Source of the DNA: Octopus bimaculoides
Taxonomy: Eukaryota
DNA: 64,000 bases
Assembly: GCF_001194135.2 (NCBI RefSeq)
Contig: NC_068991.1
Coordinates: 4,283,830-4,347,829 of the forward strand
Direction of reading: 5' to 3'
Part shown: one piece after another, positions 39,896-54,407 of the stretch
Position numbering within the stretch: position 1 is the stretch's first letter
Layout of the letters: every line of letters starts with the position of its first letter
Position numbers and translations under genes: made by a program
Notes under the pieces: generated by a model
What the model saw: the letters and a program-made list of their open reading frames with translations, nothing else
What the model was told of the DNA's origin: nothing
The model's database searches: none

Positions 39896-40074
39896 ACCAT
39901 TAGTACTGCCACTACTGCTGCTGCTTCTACTACTACTACCACTACAACTACTGCCGCCCCGCCACCGCCACCTCCAACACCACCAATACTACTGCTGCTG
40001 CTGCTGCTACCGCAGTTTCGTGATGCACTCACTGTCTCAGTGTCTCGACCTTAGAATTGCACTTTTATCTTAGG

Positions 40075-40650
40075 GAGGAGATGAAACGTCCTAAATCTGG
40101 CAAATAGGGCGAGTGAGGAAGCGATACCATGTTGTAGTTGGCAAGAAACTCACGAGTGATGAGGGCTCCGTTACAGAGTGCATTGTCATCGTGTACGCGT
40201 TCCACACAAACGGTCGCTTTCACTCAAAAACTCTTCTAAACTCTTCGTTGATTGTTTTCCGACGATCCTCATTCACAAGCCGAATATTCTCCACATTGCC
40301 GGAAGTGACGCTGGTGTAGATCTTCCAGATAGCTTATAGTTTTCCAGGGAAGTTCTTCCGCTTTTGAAATACCGATGCCACTTTAAACAGTGCGTACGCT
40401 CCATTGCCTCGTCAGCGTGAGCTTGCTCAAGCATGCTCGATGTCTTTGTAGAAGACTTCCCAAGTTTAATGCAAAATTTCACGTTGCTTCTTTGTTCCAA
40501 CTATATCTCTTGCAAAGCAAGCACAGCAATATTACTCGGCATACTACTTCATGAAAACCAAAGTTATGTCTCTTTGCGCACACAACGGTGTGCTGCCATC
40601 TGTTGACACGCTAAAGAAGGAGTCCGAGAACTTTTTGATACCACTTCGTA
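40075..40650 (-). mobile_element. mariner element, internally deleted and decayed, one TIR retained
   Basis: Minus strand: TA + CGAAGTGGTATCAAAAAGTTCTCGGACT terminus (40621-40650). ORF 40273-40500 reads EQRSNVKFCIKLGKSSTKT...KWHRYFKSGRTSLE (paired-like HTH of mariner). A second frame reads HDDNALCNGALITREFLANYNMVSLPHSPYLPDL (HHDNAP...YSPDL motifs). Confidence 0.9.
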
Positions 40651-41218
40651 TCAACCAAATCCTGGGGTTGATGTAAGAGACTGACTGACATCCTTCGCAC
40701 TAGATTTCAGGCCTTGTGCTTATATAATTGACAAAATGAAAATTGCTGTTATCGACCATGTACGGACGAAAGACAGTTTCGCGAATCAATAATTATACCT
40801 AAACTCTTCCACCCCCCGCTCTGCTACCACACAATTCTGAACGACTTGTACAAATAACGTTAAGAACACCAACAACAGTTCGCCGTTATGGCGACCAACT
40901 CATTTAGCATTCTATTGAATTTATTGAGGTCTTTCTCATACGAAATATTTCTGTATATCAATATACACATACGCACACACACACACACAGACACACACAC
41001 ACACACACACATACATGCATACACTCAAATCCGAGCACTCACATATATATGTATACACACACATATAAGTATATATGTATATATTTATGTATATGTATGT
41101 ACGTATGTATATATATATATATACATATATGTATATGCATATACATATATATATATCTATAAATATCTATATATGTATATATATTCACATATATACGTAT
41201 ATATAAATATATACACAC

Positions 41219-41261
<43 letters not shown>

Positions 41262-42222
41262 NNNNNNNNNNNNNNNNNNNNNNNNNNNNNNNNNNNNNNN
41301 NNNNNNNNNNNNNNNNNNNNNNNNNNNNNNNNNNNNNNNNNNNNNNNNNNNNNNNNNNNNNNNNNNNNNNNNNNNNNNNNNNNNNNNNNNNNNNNNNNNN
41401 NNNNNNNNNNNNNNNNNNNNNNNNNNNNNNNNNNNNNNNNNNNNNNNNNNNNNNNNNNNNNNNNNNNNNNNNNNNNNNNNNNNNNNNNNNNNNNNNNNNN
41501 NNNNNNNNNNNNNNNNNNNNNNNNNNNNNNNNNNNNNNNNNNNNNNNNNNNNNNNNNNNNNNNNNNNNNNNNNNNNNNNNNNNNNNNNNNNNNNNNNNNN
41601 NNNNNNNNNNNNNNNNNNNNNNNNNNNNNNNNNNNNNNNNNNNNNNNNNNNNNNNNNNNNNNNNNNNNNNNNNNNNNNNNNNNNNNNNNNNNNNNNNNNN
41701 NNNNNNNNNNNNNNNNNNNNNNNNNNNNNNNNNNNNNNNNNNNNNNNNNNNNNNNNNNNNNNNNNNNNNNNNNNNNNNNNNNNNNNNNNNNNNNNNNNNN
41801 NNNNNNNNNNNNNNNNNNNNNNNNNNNNNNNNNNNNNNNNNNNNNNNNNNNNNNNNNNNNNNNNNNNNNNNNNNNNNNNNNNNNNNNNNNNNNNNNNNNN
41901 NNNNNNNNNNNNNNNNNNNNNNNNNNNNNNNNNNNNNNNNNNNNNNNNNNNNNNNNNNNNNNNNNNNNNNNNNNNNNNNNNNNNNNNNNNNNNNNNNNNN
42001 NNNNNNNNNNNNNNNNNNNNNNNNNNNNNNNNNNNNNNNNNNNNNNNNNNNNNNNNNNNNNNNNNNNNNNNNNNNNNNNNNNNNNNNNNNNNNNNNNNNN
42101 NNNNNNNNNNNNNNNNNNNNNNNNNNNNNNNNNNNNNNNNNNNNNNNNNNNNNNNNNNNNNNNNNNNNNNNNNNNNNNNNNNNNNNNNNNNNNNNNNNNN
42201 NNNNNNNNNNNNNNNNNNNNNN

Positions 42223-42254
<32 letters not shown>

Positions 42255-44160
42255 ATCATGTGTGAAAAGACTATGGTTTAGGAGGAACAATAATAAAATT
42301 CAATACCAATTAAGGGACAGTCGTAAAGAATATGTCTGAAGACATTCTCAAAGGCATATTTAAGAAAACTCAAACACCCATATCTACGCTAACAGATGGA
42401 AGAACTCACACATGCACACCTTTTTCCATTTTGTCTCACTCACTCATTCTGTCTGTCTTTCTCTGTCTCTCTATCTCGATATACATATATATCTTTCTGT
42501 CTACGTCTCTATCAGTGTGGGAAGCTGCCTCTCTCTCACTGTCCTCCCTCTCTCTCTTATACGCACACATGCATAGACACATGCATTCATAAATAGAGGC
42601 ACACACAAACGTACTGGAGAAAGTCTGACTCGTCATGAAGTTTGTGTCGCGCTTCCTACACCAACCAAAGCCTCTGTTTAGACGTGGTTAAGTTCGCTAT
42701 TGTTCTTTTTTATTTCATTCTTTTCTAGTTATTGTTGTTAGAGGGATTGGGGTTGCTGCTGCTGCTTCTTCTTCTTCTTCTGCTGCTGCTGCTGTTGGTG
42801 CTATATTCATTTATTTTTTCAGACATTTGTATCTATTATAGTTTCTTTTGCAGGTTATAATTTTCTTTCAGTTTGACTTTCGCTTACTTTCTTTCATAAA
42901 CTAATTTCTTTCGTTTATAAGCCTTCTCCTATCTTTTAATTTCCATTGCTTTTCCTTCAATTTATTATTCATTTATTTTCATTTTCCCCTCATCATCTTC
43001 ATCATCATCATCTTGATATTATTGTAGCGTTTGTCATTGTGGTTGTTGTTGCTGTTGTTGTTAGTATTATAATTCCCATTATAATTATCATCTTCTTTCA
43101 GTTTTNNNNNNNNNNNNNNNNNNNNNNNNNNNNNNNNNNNNNNNNNNNNNNNNNNNNNNNNNNNNNNNNNNNNNNNNNNNNNNNNNNNNNNNNNNNNNNN
43201 NNNNNNNNNNNNNNNNNNNNNNNNNNNNNNNNNNNNNNNNNNNNNNNNNNNNNNNNNNNNNNNNNNNNNNNNNNNNNNNNNNNNNNNNNNNNNNNNNNNN
43301 NNNNNNNNNNNNNNNNNNNNNNNNNNNNNNNTGTTGTTGTTAGTATTATAATTCCCATTATAATTATCATCTTCTTTCAGTTTTGCTTCTATTTCATGCC
43401 GAGGGTCTTCCCGACACCTAGGGCAAAGAAACTCACTGTATACATTGGTAGGCCAATAAAATAAACGCAGCAGATTGTTCATTTACAAAGGCTCGTATTA
43501 GATAAAAAGGGAGAAGAAATAAAGAAAAAAGAAAGGAGAAAAATAAAGAAATTGGGAAAAAATGAAAAATAATGTAATGCAGAAAATAATCATCATCATC
43601 ATTATAACCACCGCAACCACCACCACCACCAACACCACCACCACAACCACCACATCCCGCCACAATTACCACTACCACCGCCGCCAACGTCATCATCATT
43701 ATCATTATCATCATCATAATCACCATCATCATTACCACCACCATCATCATCATCATCGTCGTCGCCGTCGTCGTCTTAATGATTGTCTTCTTCCTTCTCG
43801 TTCCAATCATAATTATCAATTTCACATTCATCTTCTATTGTCTTCGCTCCTCCTAATATCTCCTCCATCAAAGGCAGCTGATCAAATTAACGAAGAGCAC
43901 TTTTAATTGATAGTAAGAAGTGCTAAACATAGCAGCTTAACCCGCTGCCTGCCATGAGCCTGTTTTGGGGATCTGCTAAAAATAGTCTCACAGCCGGTTG
44001 CTCGTTTTACTTAAAGTGAATTGCTTATGCACATTACATTTGCATATATANNNNNNNNNNTTATATTATACTCATTTATTGGGCTTTTAATTATTAATTT
44101 TTCTATACGTGATAGTGGATTTTCATCGATGAGTTCTTGAAAATTGGTTATTTTCCCTAA

Positions 44161-44203
<43 letters not shown>

Positions 44204-44707
44204 TATATATCTATATAAGTTTCTTTAAAAATACCTTAATTATGGTAGCGACATGTAATCATGAGTTGGTAATGAGAGGTTATCGAGTTAGCGGATGTAA
44301 TAAGCTCTTAACACCATGGGAGAATTGCGTGAACGAGCATGTTATTGTGTTCAGCGTACATAAGCTATTTTCTAAACCGCAGTGTGTGAGTATACGAAGA
44401 TATTTGTATATAATGAGATGTTTTGCCTAATATAGAACAAGAGAACTATCATGTAAAGGGGATGAAAATAGTTGTGAAGAGTTAGAAGTAAATTTAAAAT
44501 GGAATATACAAAATGATTAAGCATATGAGACGAAAATAGTAACAACGAAAAGGGTAAATGAAGGAGAAAGTATGAATTGTTTCTGTTTGTTCTCCCTGCG
44601 ACTGAAAAGAATTAATACTGTGTAGGTAAGGAGACCCAAATTAATTACTGATATAAGGCTTTGTACTTTCTGCTAGAAACATTAGGATGTATGTTTTATA
44701 AATAATC

Positions 44708-44795
44708 TTTTCTACTCGAGCCACAAGGCCTGATGTGTTTGGGGAGGGGGCCTGTCAATTAGATCTACCTCAGTACGCAACTGGTACTCCAATTT
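44708..44795 (-). mobile_element. SINE-A 3' fragment
   Basis: TTTTCTACTCGAGCCACAAGGCC...TCAGTACGCAACTGGTACT. Confidence 0.7.
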
Positions 44796-44971
44796 ACAAG
44801 AGTAATTGCATTGATAAAAATTTTGACACCGCATTTTTTTCTTCTCTAAATCTTTGCACAACCTTTAAAACTTTCTGTTTTTTTTTTTGTTTCTTATCAA
44901 TGATGTCTGTCCTTTTCTTTATATAAGACTTTACGATCGATAAAGAAATGATAATTGTTATTATGATTCAA

Positions 44972-45410
44972 GCGGCAACCTGACAGGACCATTATTACGT
45001 CAAGCAAAATGCTTCGCGGTATTTCGTTCGCTTTCTTGATTCGTGTTCAAATTCCGTAAAGGTCGCTTTTGCGTTTCATCCATCGGGGGTCGATGAAGTA
45101 ATGGAATAATTGCCACAGAAGCACCGTTGAAATGTAGTTGTCTAGATCCCTCCCTCTAAAGTTTAAGGCCTTGTGTAGTTAGTAGAAAGTATTATTAAGG
45201 TGGCGAACTGACCGAATCTTTAGTAAACCAGACTAAATTCATTGTGGCATTTCACCAGTCATTTGATTTTGAGTCAAATTTCGCTGAGGTCAGATTTGCT
45301 TTTCGGCCTTTCGGAGTCGATGCAATTAGTACCAGTTATACAACGGCTCCAATCGACTAAAACTTTAACAATAAAATTTCAGACCTTGTGCCTATGGTAG
45401 AAAAGATTAT
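44972..45410 (+). mobile_element. Two old SINE-A copies in head-to-tail tandem
   Basis: Both have diverged head, TTCAAATT/GTCAAATT, GGTCGATG and tail GGCCTTGTG/GACCTTGTGCC...GTAGAAA. Confidence 0.7.
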
Positions 45411-45429
45411 TGTCATTATTGCTATTGTT

Positions 45430-45485
<56 letters not shown>

Positions 45486-45996
45486 ATAGTAGTAGTAGTA
45501 GTAGTAGTAGTGGTAGTTACAGAAGCCGTAGCAGCCACAGCGGGTGGCGAAATAGCTTGTGTTTAATAGCAGTTGTAGAAGTCGCGGCAGCAGAAGTATG
45601 GGTGTCCAATCACCAGAGACATACGAAAATAACTAAGAAATCTTTTTGAATAGCGTTTGATGGAAATATTCAAAGTAGTGTAACGGTTATTTAATATTTC
45701 TTTTCACATATCTTAATTTGGTAATAATAGCTAATTGAATGAATTAAGCATTCAAGAAACGAGTGAATGAAGGAAAGAAAGAATAAAAGATAGCATTTTC
45801 TTGTTTTTGTGTTGTTCGTATTTATTTATTTTTTTGTGTCAATGATTGAGGGAAGTTTGCTTGAGGAGAGAAGAAATATTAAAAAACGGTATTACAAAAT
45901 GGAAAGAGAATGAGTGTGGGGAAACTTATGTAAGAAGAACAACAACAACAGTAATAACAACGCCGATACTATTCATAATAATAATAATAATAATAA

Positions 45997-46071
<75 letters not shown>

Positions 46072-47224
46072 TCAGGCACATATCAACACACATTTACATA
46101 CGTGCACATATAAACATCAATATTTATATCAATAAAATATACATATGTATATATACAAACACACACACACACACACACACAATACACGTATGTATGTATG
46201 TATGTATGTATGCAGCATTCGTATATATATGTATTCATACATTAAGACATACAAACACACGCTATATATGTATTATATATTTATGTACATACAGATACAT
46301 ACATGCATATATATATATATATATACGTGTGTGTGTGTGTGTGTGTGTGTGTATGTATACCTGTTGACGTTTGAGTGTGTTTAAAGAGCGTCGTACAAGA
46401 AGTAGAGGGCGATGGTTGTGAATGAAAACGAACTTATAAATAAAAGAATGACTGAATGGAAAACAAGATAATAAAGTATTAAAAAATACACTCAAACACA
46501 CACAAAATAACTAAATGATGATAAATTAAATCGGTAAAGAAAAGTTAAGAAACCGAGAAATGTCTAGGAAATGAAAGTTCACAATAAGAAAAATTTGCTG
46601 TTAGAATACATTTATAAAGAAAACATGATAAAATTAAAACGTTTAAGTTTTTCTTGAATTTTTTCTTTCAATATATATTTTTTAAAAATGTGACGCTGAA
46701 ATAAAGAAAAGCGTTGGAAGAAAACCATTAAAAACATAGTAAATAGAACGAATGAATAGAAGTTTTGGAGATATCAAAATTTGTATGATGGTTAAAAAGA
46801 CTGGAGTAGTTAAAAATTTTGAGTGAATAATAACTACAACGATGGATAATAGTACAAATATCAAATTTTAGAAAGATCAAATAAAAAGTGTTATTGCTTA
46901 TCACGAGTTCAGGCCTGTTGTCAAAGATCTACGATGTGAATTATTCCATCCATAAATTGGAATCAATTTCCATGGCTACTGTTAATTCACATGATTTGAC
47001 ATCGTAGAAATCTATCTGTTGCGTGAAGTGGCTCATCCTCAAAAAAATGATTGAACTTTGCAGACGAACAGGTGAGTATAATAACATAATAATAAGCATG
47101 GTACAATACTTTCGACTACTCAACATCTTACGTAAACCAAGGAAAAAAATAAAACACAAACAAATAGACTTTTGAGGCAGAACATAACGGAGTAGGAAAA
47201 AATAAGATTATACATAATACAAGG

Positions 47225-47620
47225 AACAGTCGATTAGATCGATCCCAGTACGCAACTGGTATTCAATTTATCGACCCGGAAAGAATGAAAGGCAAAGTCG
47301 ATCTCGGCGGAATTTGAACTCAGAACATAAACACAGACGAAAGACTGCTAAGCATTTCGTCCGGCGTGCTAACGTTTCTGCCAGCTCACCGCCTTTACAT
47401 TAGAAAAGAATATTCTTTTCTACTCTAGGCACAAGGCACGAAATTTTTGGGGAAGGAGCCAGTCGATTAAATCGACCCCAGGACGCAACTGGTACTTAAT
47501 TTATCGACCCCGAAAGGATGTAAGGCAAAGTCGACATCGGCGGAATTTGAAATCAGAACGTAAAGGCAGACGAAATACCTCTAAACATTTCGCCCGGCAT
47601 ACTAACGTTTCTGTCAGCGT
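47225..47620 (-). mobile_element. Two SINE-A copies in tandem, separated by a 22-bp perfect palindrome
   Basis: Copies at ~47225-47395 and ~47413-47620; TAGAAAAGAATATTCTTTTCTA at 47401-47422. Confidence 0.88.
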
Positions 47621-47858
47621 TTCGAAGGTAAGGGGACAACTGATGAGGAGATTGTTCTTTATCTTGACTGTCTCGTTTCTCTTTTTGTTTATTTCGTTGC
47701 TCGAAAAAAAAGTTCGTTTTCCATGTTTTTAATTGTCTTATATTCTCGTTTATCGTTTTGTTCACTTTTTTATTTTACTTCCTGTACCCATATATGCATG
47801 TATATATATATACATATATATGTAGGTATGTACATATCTGTACGTATATATGCATATT

Positions 47859-47926
<68 letters not shown>

Positions 47927-48859
47927 CACACACGTGCACGTCCGCATACTCACACACACACACATATATAACTTTTGAGTCGAAGGTGAAATTCCTAAAT
48001 TTTCTATTTACCTTGTTTGCATATGTAACATACACCTTGCACACATGTCACGTATAAATATATGAGTTTGTGAGTGTGTGTTTGTGAGTGTGTGTGTCTG
48101 TGCATGCATTGCGTATGTGTGTATGAATGTGTATGTTTGTCGTATGAAATTCACTCTTTGCATTCATCTAGCGTCTATCAAGTGTCATTTAATCGAGATG
48201 TTTTCTGTAATGAACTGCTTCAGTACAGTTGAATTAATAATCTTCCTCTGAAGTGTAATATATTTAGTGCGATAATGACCTTAGAGCGATCGTGTAGTAT
48301 ATTATGGAGAACGAAAGAAAGGCTCACAAATTTTAAACTAGTGAACAATAAATATTTAAGCGTAGCACCATAGAAATAAAACAATTTACGATAATATATG
48401 CAGTCTGTCATGTAATGCATTTAGTCTGGCTTACCAGGACCCTCGATATTACAAATTTCAAGTATTGATATATTATCTATTAGTTTTACTTCGACAAAAG
48501 CTACTATTTTTTTTAAACATGTTGGTATTAATGAAATCAACTAAACACAAGTTAATTTATTGAACCTGGGAGCAGGAAAAGAGATCGAGTAAGAAGAGTG
48601 TTTCAAACGTTTTGCTACTCTTAATGCATTCTGTCACGAAACACTAGAAGTTTTACCAAAGCAATTATTTTAAATGATATTTTGAAGACGAGAAGGTTTG
48701 AGAAATATGTGTGATAATAGGCCTACTTGATCACGTGTGACCTGAAGCTACACTACGCTGTTTAGATTGACTTCGCTAACGACGGCAGAAGCGAAACAAA
48801 GATATTCATTAGTATCTTATTTGTGAAATTATGAAGGGTTGCTATATTACAGCTGTATG

Positions 48860-49010
48860 ATGAGAAACTTGCTTGGAAACCATATGGTTCCGGGTTCAGT
48901 CCCACTACGCGGCACCTCGGGCAAATGTGTTCTAATATAAATATAGCCTCGGGCCAACCAGAGTCTTGTGAGTGGATTTGGTAGACGGAAACTGAAAGGA
49001 GCCCGTATTA
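48860..49010 (+). mobile_element. SINE-B 5' module running into (TA)n and an N gap
   Basis: CATATGGTTCCGGGTTCAGTCCCACTACGCGGCACCTCGGGCAAATGTG...GAGTGGATTTGGTAGACGGAAACTGAAAGGAGCCCGT. Confidence 0.85.
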
Positions 49011-49371
49011 TATATATATATATATATNNNNNNNNNNNNNNNNNNNNNNNNNNNNNNNNNNNNNNNNNNNNNNNNNNNNNNNNNNNNNNNNNNNNNNNNN
49101 NNNNNNNNNNNNNNNNNNNNNNNNNNNNNNNNNNNNNNNNNNNNNNNNNNNNNNNNNNNNNNNNNNNNNNNNNNNNNNNNNNNNNNNNNNNNNNNNNNNN
49201 NNNNNNNNNNNNNNNNNNNNNNNNNNNNNNNNNNNNNNNNNNNNNNNNNNNNNNNNNNNNNNNNNNNNNNNNNNNNNNNNNNNNNNNNNNNNNNNNNNNN
49301 NNNNNNNNNNNNNNNNNNNNNNNNNNNNNNNNNNNNNNNNNNNATATATATATATATATATATATATATAA

Positions 49372-49490
49372 ATTCTGGGGGATGGGGCCAAACGATTATA
49401 TCAACCCAGTACGCAACTGGATATTAATTTATTGACTCCGAAAGGTTGAAAGGCAAAGTCGATCTCGGCGGAATTTGAACTCAGAACGTA
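49372..49490 (-). mobile_element. SINE-A copy, 5'-truncated
   Basis: CAACCCAGTACGCAACTGG...AAAGGCAAAGTCGATCTCGGCGGAATTTGAACTCAGAACGTAA. Confidence 0.85.
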
Positions 49491-50547
49491 ATGATGAACT
49501 TTTCACTCGGTTTTCGTCAGTGCAAGGCAATATTGGTGGTTACTTGCGGAATGGATGCTTTCTGGAATCAAGTGTGTACGGAAATGTTTGACTGCCAGTA
49601 TGAACAACGTGTATATGAAAGGTATTATACGGTGACATGGAAATGTTATTTGAAGAAACAGAAGTGTTTCCTCGCACCATAATTGAAAATAAAATTCATT
49701 GAAGTTTTAATATTTATGACTCCGCAAACAAAACGAAATGCTAACTCAATCTCCACGAATATCATACAGTAAATTCTTATAAAAATGCATGGCAATTTTG
49801 ATAAGGCAGGCTTAGTTATATTTGTTGAATGAAATCCTGGTTTAGCATAGTTGAAATAATCATCTTAATGTTAGAGCTCATGTGTGGATCCTGACATGAG
49901 GTGAAACTAAAGAACAATAAAAACCAAACAAGGGCGAGGGCATCATCACCAGCAACAACTGACGTCAAACTCATACACTCACACAAAAACCGCAGCGTAA
50001 CAGGATAAAAAGTAAGGCCGTTAAGAACCAAATAGTAAGAACGAATATATATTCCCGAAATTGAGATGGAAATATCTAGAATACTCCCACCTATAAATGA
50101 CATAAATATATAGAAAAGCAAGTTTAATGTCATCGTAAAGAATCTCTCTAAAAAATTGTGTATACTTCCATAAAAAAGAAATGTTTATATTTCTGGATCA
50201 ACTATTTGAAAGCGATGAGGAGAACTTAATTATATCGATTCTAGAATTTGTTGTCTGTAAGAATTTATATCAACATATACAGAAATTTAGTTGCATTCTG
50301 GAAAAATTGCATTGCATAAACTACACTAAATAGTCTGTGACTTCTGGCGTTTTCACAATATAAAATTATGGGAGTGTATATGCGTTGAGATATAAGTTAG
50401 GGTTTTTATGAATCGCATACATTAACATTTCTATATTTGATATGTATATATACATACATGCATACACACATACACATATATGCAAATATATGAGTTTGTG
50501 CGTGTGTAAAATAAATATACATATATACATACATATATATGTATATA

Positions 50548-50584
<37 letters not shown>

Positions 50585-50601
50585 CATACGTGTAAATATA
50601 T

Positions 50602-50638
<37 letters not shown>

Positions 50639-50899
50639 NNNNNNNNNNNNNNNNNNNNNNNNNNNNNNNNNNNNNNNNNNNNNNNNNNNNNNNNNNNNNN
50701 NNNNNNNNNNNNNNNNNNNNNNNNNNNNNNNNNNNNNNNNNNNNNNNNNNNNNNNNNNNNNNNNNNNNNNNNNNNNNNNNNNNNNNNNNNNNNNNNNNNN
50801 NNNNNNNNNNNNNNNNNNNNNNNNNNNNNNNNNNNNNNNNNNNNNNNNNNNNNNNNNNNNNNNNNNNNNNNNNNNNNNNNNNNNNNNNNNNNNNNNNNN

Positions 50900-50930
<31 letters not shown>

Positions 50931-53900
50931 AACACATACGCACACGCACGCTTATGTACATAGAATCATATGTAAGTATCTTAAAAATAAACCTACCTCC
51001 AAAGCATAAAATATCCTTCCTGTCAATAATATAAATCGCAGCCTCAGGATTACGATTGCATTGGTTTCCAAAGCTGAATATATCTTCGCATTCTACTGGC
51101 TGTCATCAACGATGCCAAGACAGCACTTAATTCACACAGTTTTAAAAGTATAGTATAATATATTACCATCTACCAAAGACATGCTGAAGAGCAATAGAAA
51201 TGCCAATACATCACATTATATGCATACACATCTACATCCATCCATCAATCCATCCATCCATTCATTCATACATACATACATACATACATACAGACCGATG
51301 TACAGGAATATGTATGTACATACAGATTTCTATGTAGTATATTATAAATCCATACAGACACATACATACTTATGTATAGATAGATATGCATATATATATA
51401 TATACATAAACATATATGAATGTATGTATATACATATATAATAGATATACATAGATAGAGGGAGAGAGTGGGGTAGAGAGTGGGGTAGAGAGTGTGATAG
51501 ATAGATAGATAGATAGATAGACACATAAATAGATAGAGCCAGGATCAAAAGAAAAATGGGTCTGATACTGTCTAATGGAGTCCAATGTTTGTCTTAGCGG
51601 CTTCATTCTCATTTGCGTTACTTACAGCTCTCATTTGCCTTACTTGCAATTGCTCAGAAATCCAAGTGATCGATTGAACGTTTAATAATGAATAATGAGG
51701 CTTCCACTTCTTGTAAATTATGCAGTAAATTATGCTTGTAAATTATGCAGTAAATGATATGTAACGCCGATTCTGGTTGACGATGGAGCACATGCTGGTA
51801 TTAATAGCAGGATGAGTACAGGTAACTTTTAGAGGGTCAGCTCGTGCATGACGGGTAGGAATGAAAATTTTTAAACAAATTTCCGTGCTTTGATATTTTT
51901 GCTTAAGTTGTATAATATTTACGGCCAACAACTAAAGCACGTAGAGTGACGCTTGGCAAAGATTGACCGTAAACTAAGTTTGGAAGGAAGGTGTGTAGCG
52001 TGTGATCGTCACATTAAGAGTCCCTTCTAGCGTGAGTCATTTATGTATAGTAATGCCCTTAATATTAATAATATATATATATATATATATATATANNNNN
52101 NNNNNNNNNNNNNNNNNNNNNNNNNNNNNNNNNNNNNNNNNNNNNNNNNNNNNNNNNNNNNNNNNNNNNNNNNNNNNNNNNNNNNNNNNNNNNNNNNNNN
52201 NNNNNNNNNNNNNNNNNNNNNNNNNNNNNNNNNNNNNNNNNNNNNNNNNNNNNNNNNNNNNNNNNNNNNNNNNNNNNNNNNNNNNNNNNNNNNNNNNNNN
52301 NNNNNNNNNNNNNNNNNNNNNNNNNNNNNNNNNNNNNNNNNNNNNNNNNNNNNNNNNNNNNNNNNNNNNNNNNNNNNNNNNNNNNNNNNNNNNNNNNNNN
52401 NNNNNNNNNNNNNNNNNNNNNNNNNNNNNNNNNNNNNNNNNNNNNNNNNNNNNNNNNNNNNNNNNNNNNNNNNNNNNNNNNNNNNNNNNNNNNNNNNNNN
52501 NNNNNNNNNNNNNNNNNNNNNNNNNNNNNNNNNNNNNNNNNNNNNNNNNNNNNNNNNNNNNNNNNNNNNNNNNNNNNNNNNNNNNNNNNNNNNNNATATA
52601 TATATATATACTCTTGTATATACTCAGTCACCTTCGCAGGTGTATCCATATATGTGTGGGCGCCTGTCTCTTCATATGCTAGAATAAGACAGTATAAACA
52701 TTTTCCCAACTGCTTCGACATTTATATTCAATAAACAATGATAAGAGTTCGACCTTGAAGCTAACTAGATTACTGTATCTGTTAATATAGAGCGGACTCC
52801 ATCCCTAATTTCTTAAAATTATGTCAGTAAACGAAAAGAAAAAAAAAAGGTTCATATCAGGTTCATGATGAATTTCAATCTGAAGAGTCAGGCAAAATCG
52901 TCCATAATTTGAATTATAATTAATCAGCTTGATATGTAAGAATGTTGAGAGGAAAGGGTTTAATCATCGGCATGTACCGGTGCCATTTGAAGGCTGTTTC
53001 GTTTCAATAATCATTGAAGTTCGTTTGAGTACCATTCACTTTCTCAAACGTAGCATAGAAACAATTTCGCGATTCATATGTCTTAATGTGTCAAAGCTGA
53101 ATTGAAGCGCTGCATTAATCAGTTAATACGTTCTTTGGAATATGGGCAATAATTCCATTGTCAAGTATATCACAGAGAATACTGAATTATGCTTGGTGAT
53201 AATTATTCAAAGAAAACGTATTCATAATGATTAAGAAGAGGATCCATGGAGGATTTTTGATCCATATATAATAATATTGATAGGAAACCTCCAGTAGGAT
53301 CTGAGGTATTGTGTTTAGGCATTGTTCTGTTACAGTTCATCTATAAAGGCCTCTCCGTTACCTTCAAGTTTTTAATATTCATTGTGCATATCCTTCGTTA
53401 TCAAGGGGATACTTTCGTATGAGAAATCTTATGTAGTTGATATGATTGGTAATATTATGCGATTTATATTTATGAATATGTGCAAGATGAAATGTAAAAG
53501 GGACTTCATGGGGATTTGAATCAAAGGATATGCCAGCCAAAACTATGAACTCTACGAAAATTACAGGAGTCCATACACAAGGAAATGTAGAGCTCCACAT
53601 TGCTTCAAAATGTAATTCTCAAGACATTTGTAACAGAAATATATTGTTCTTCTTTAATAGACTTGATATATCCACAAAAAACTTATTTGATGATTCCAGC
53701 TGTCTCTATCAGAAGACACTAAGGGCTATATGTTTGAAATATACTGAATATATCAAGTGCAGATAATATTATGGGTGTGCGCATTAACAGTACAAAAGAA
53801 CTTCTAATTTTGGAAGGCCAGTAAGTGTGAGAGGAAGAAAACCATGATTTGCTATTTATATTGTATTAAAATTTATAATATGAAGAAGAATTCAATATCC

Positions 53901-54125
53901 TGTCCGATGTATGTTAGTGGCCTGCATGTATCCGATTATGAACAATGTAAGTGCATACTCTTATCCCTATACAATTATACATATATATAAATATATATAT
54001 GTGTGTGTGTGTGTATAAGTATATATATTAATATTCATATGGGTGTGGGTGTGAGTTTGTATGTGCATATGTGTGCGTGTATTATGTATATGTATACGTA
54101 TAATCGCATGCAGAGATGGCACAAA

Positions 54126-54161
<36 letters not shown>

Positions 54162-54170
<9 letters not shown>

Positions 54171-54343
54171 CATACATACATATATACATAAATACATACA
54201 CACATATGTATATATTTGTATATATTTATATATACCTATATACATATATATATATATATTTATATACATACATACATACATATATACATAAATACATACA
54301 CACGTATGTATATATTTGTATATATTTATATATACCTATATAC

Positions 54344-54365
<22 letters not shown>
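54162..54365. repeat. 100-bp tandem duplication inside a TA/CA microsatellite
   Basis: AATACATACACAC...TGTATATATTTGTATATATTTATATATACCTATATACAT recurs at 54191 and 54291. Confidence 0.8.

Positions 54366-54407
<42 letters not shown>

Noticed and set aside
46997-47071. Strong donor CAG|GTGAGT with a short open frame (KSICCVKWLILKKMIELCRRT)
   Set aside because: Isolated splice-like motifs are expected by chance in 64 kb; no recognisable product. The same applies to motifs at ~17867, ~21538 (-), ~63283 and 63809-63894.
53090-53860. Stretch with relatively few stops, possibly a decayed transposon ORF
   Set aside because: No motif I can assign to a family; needs blastx.
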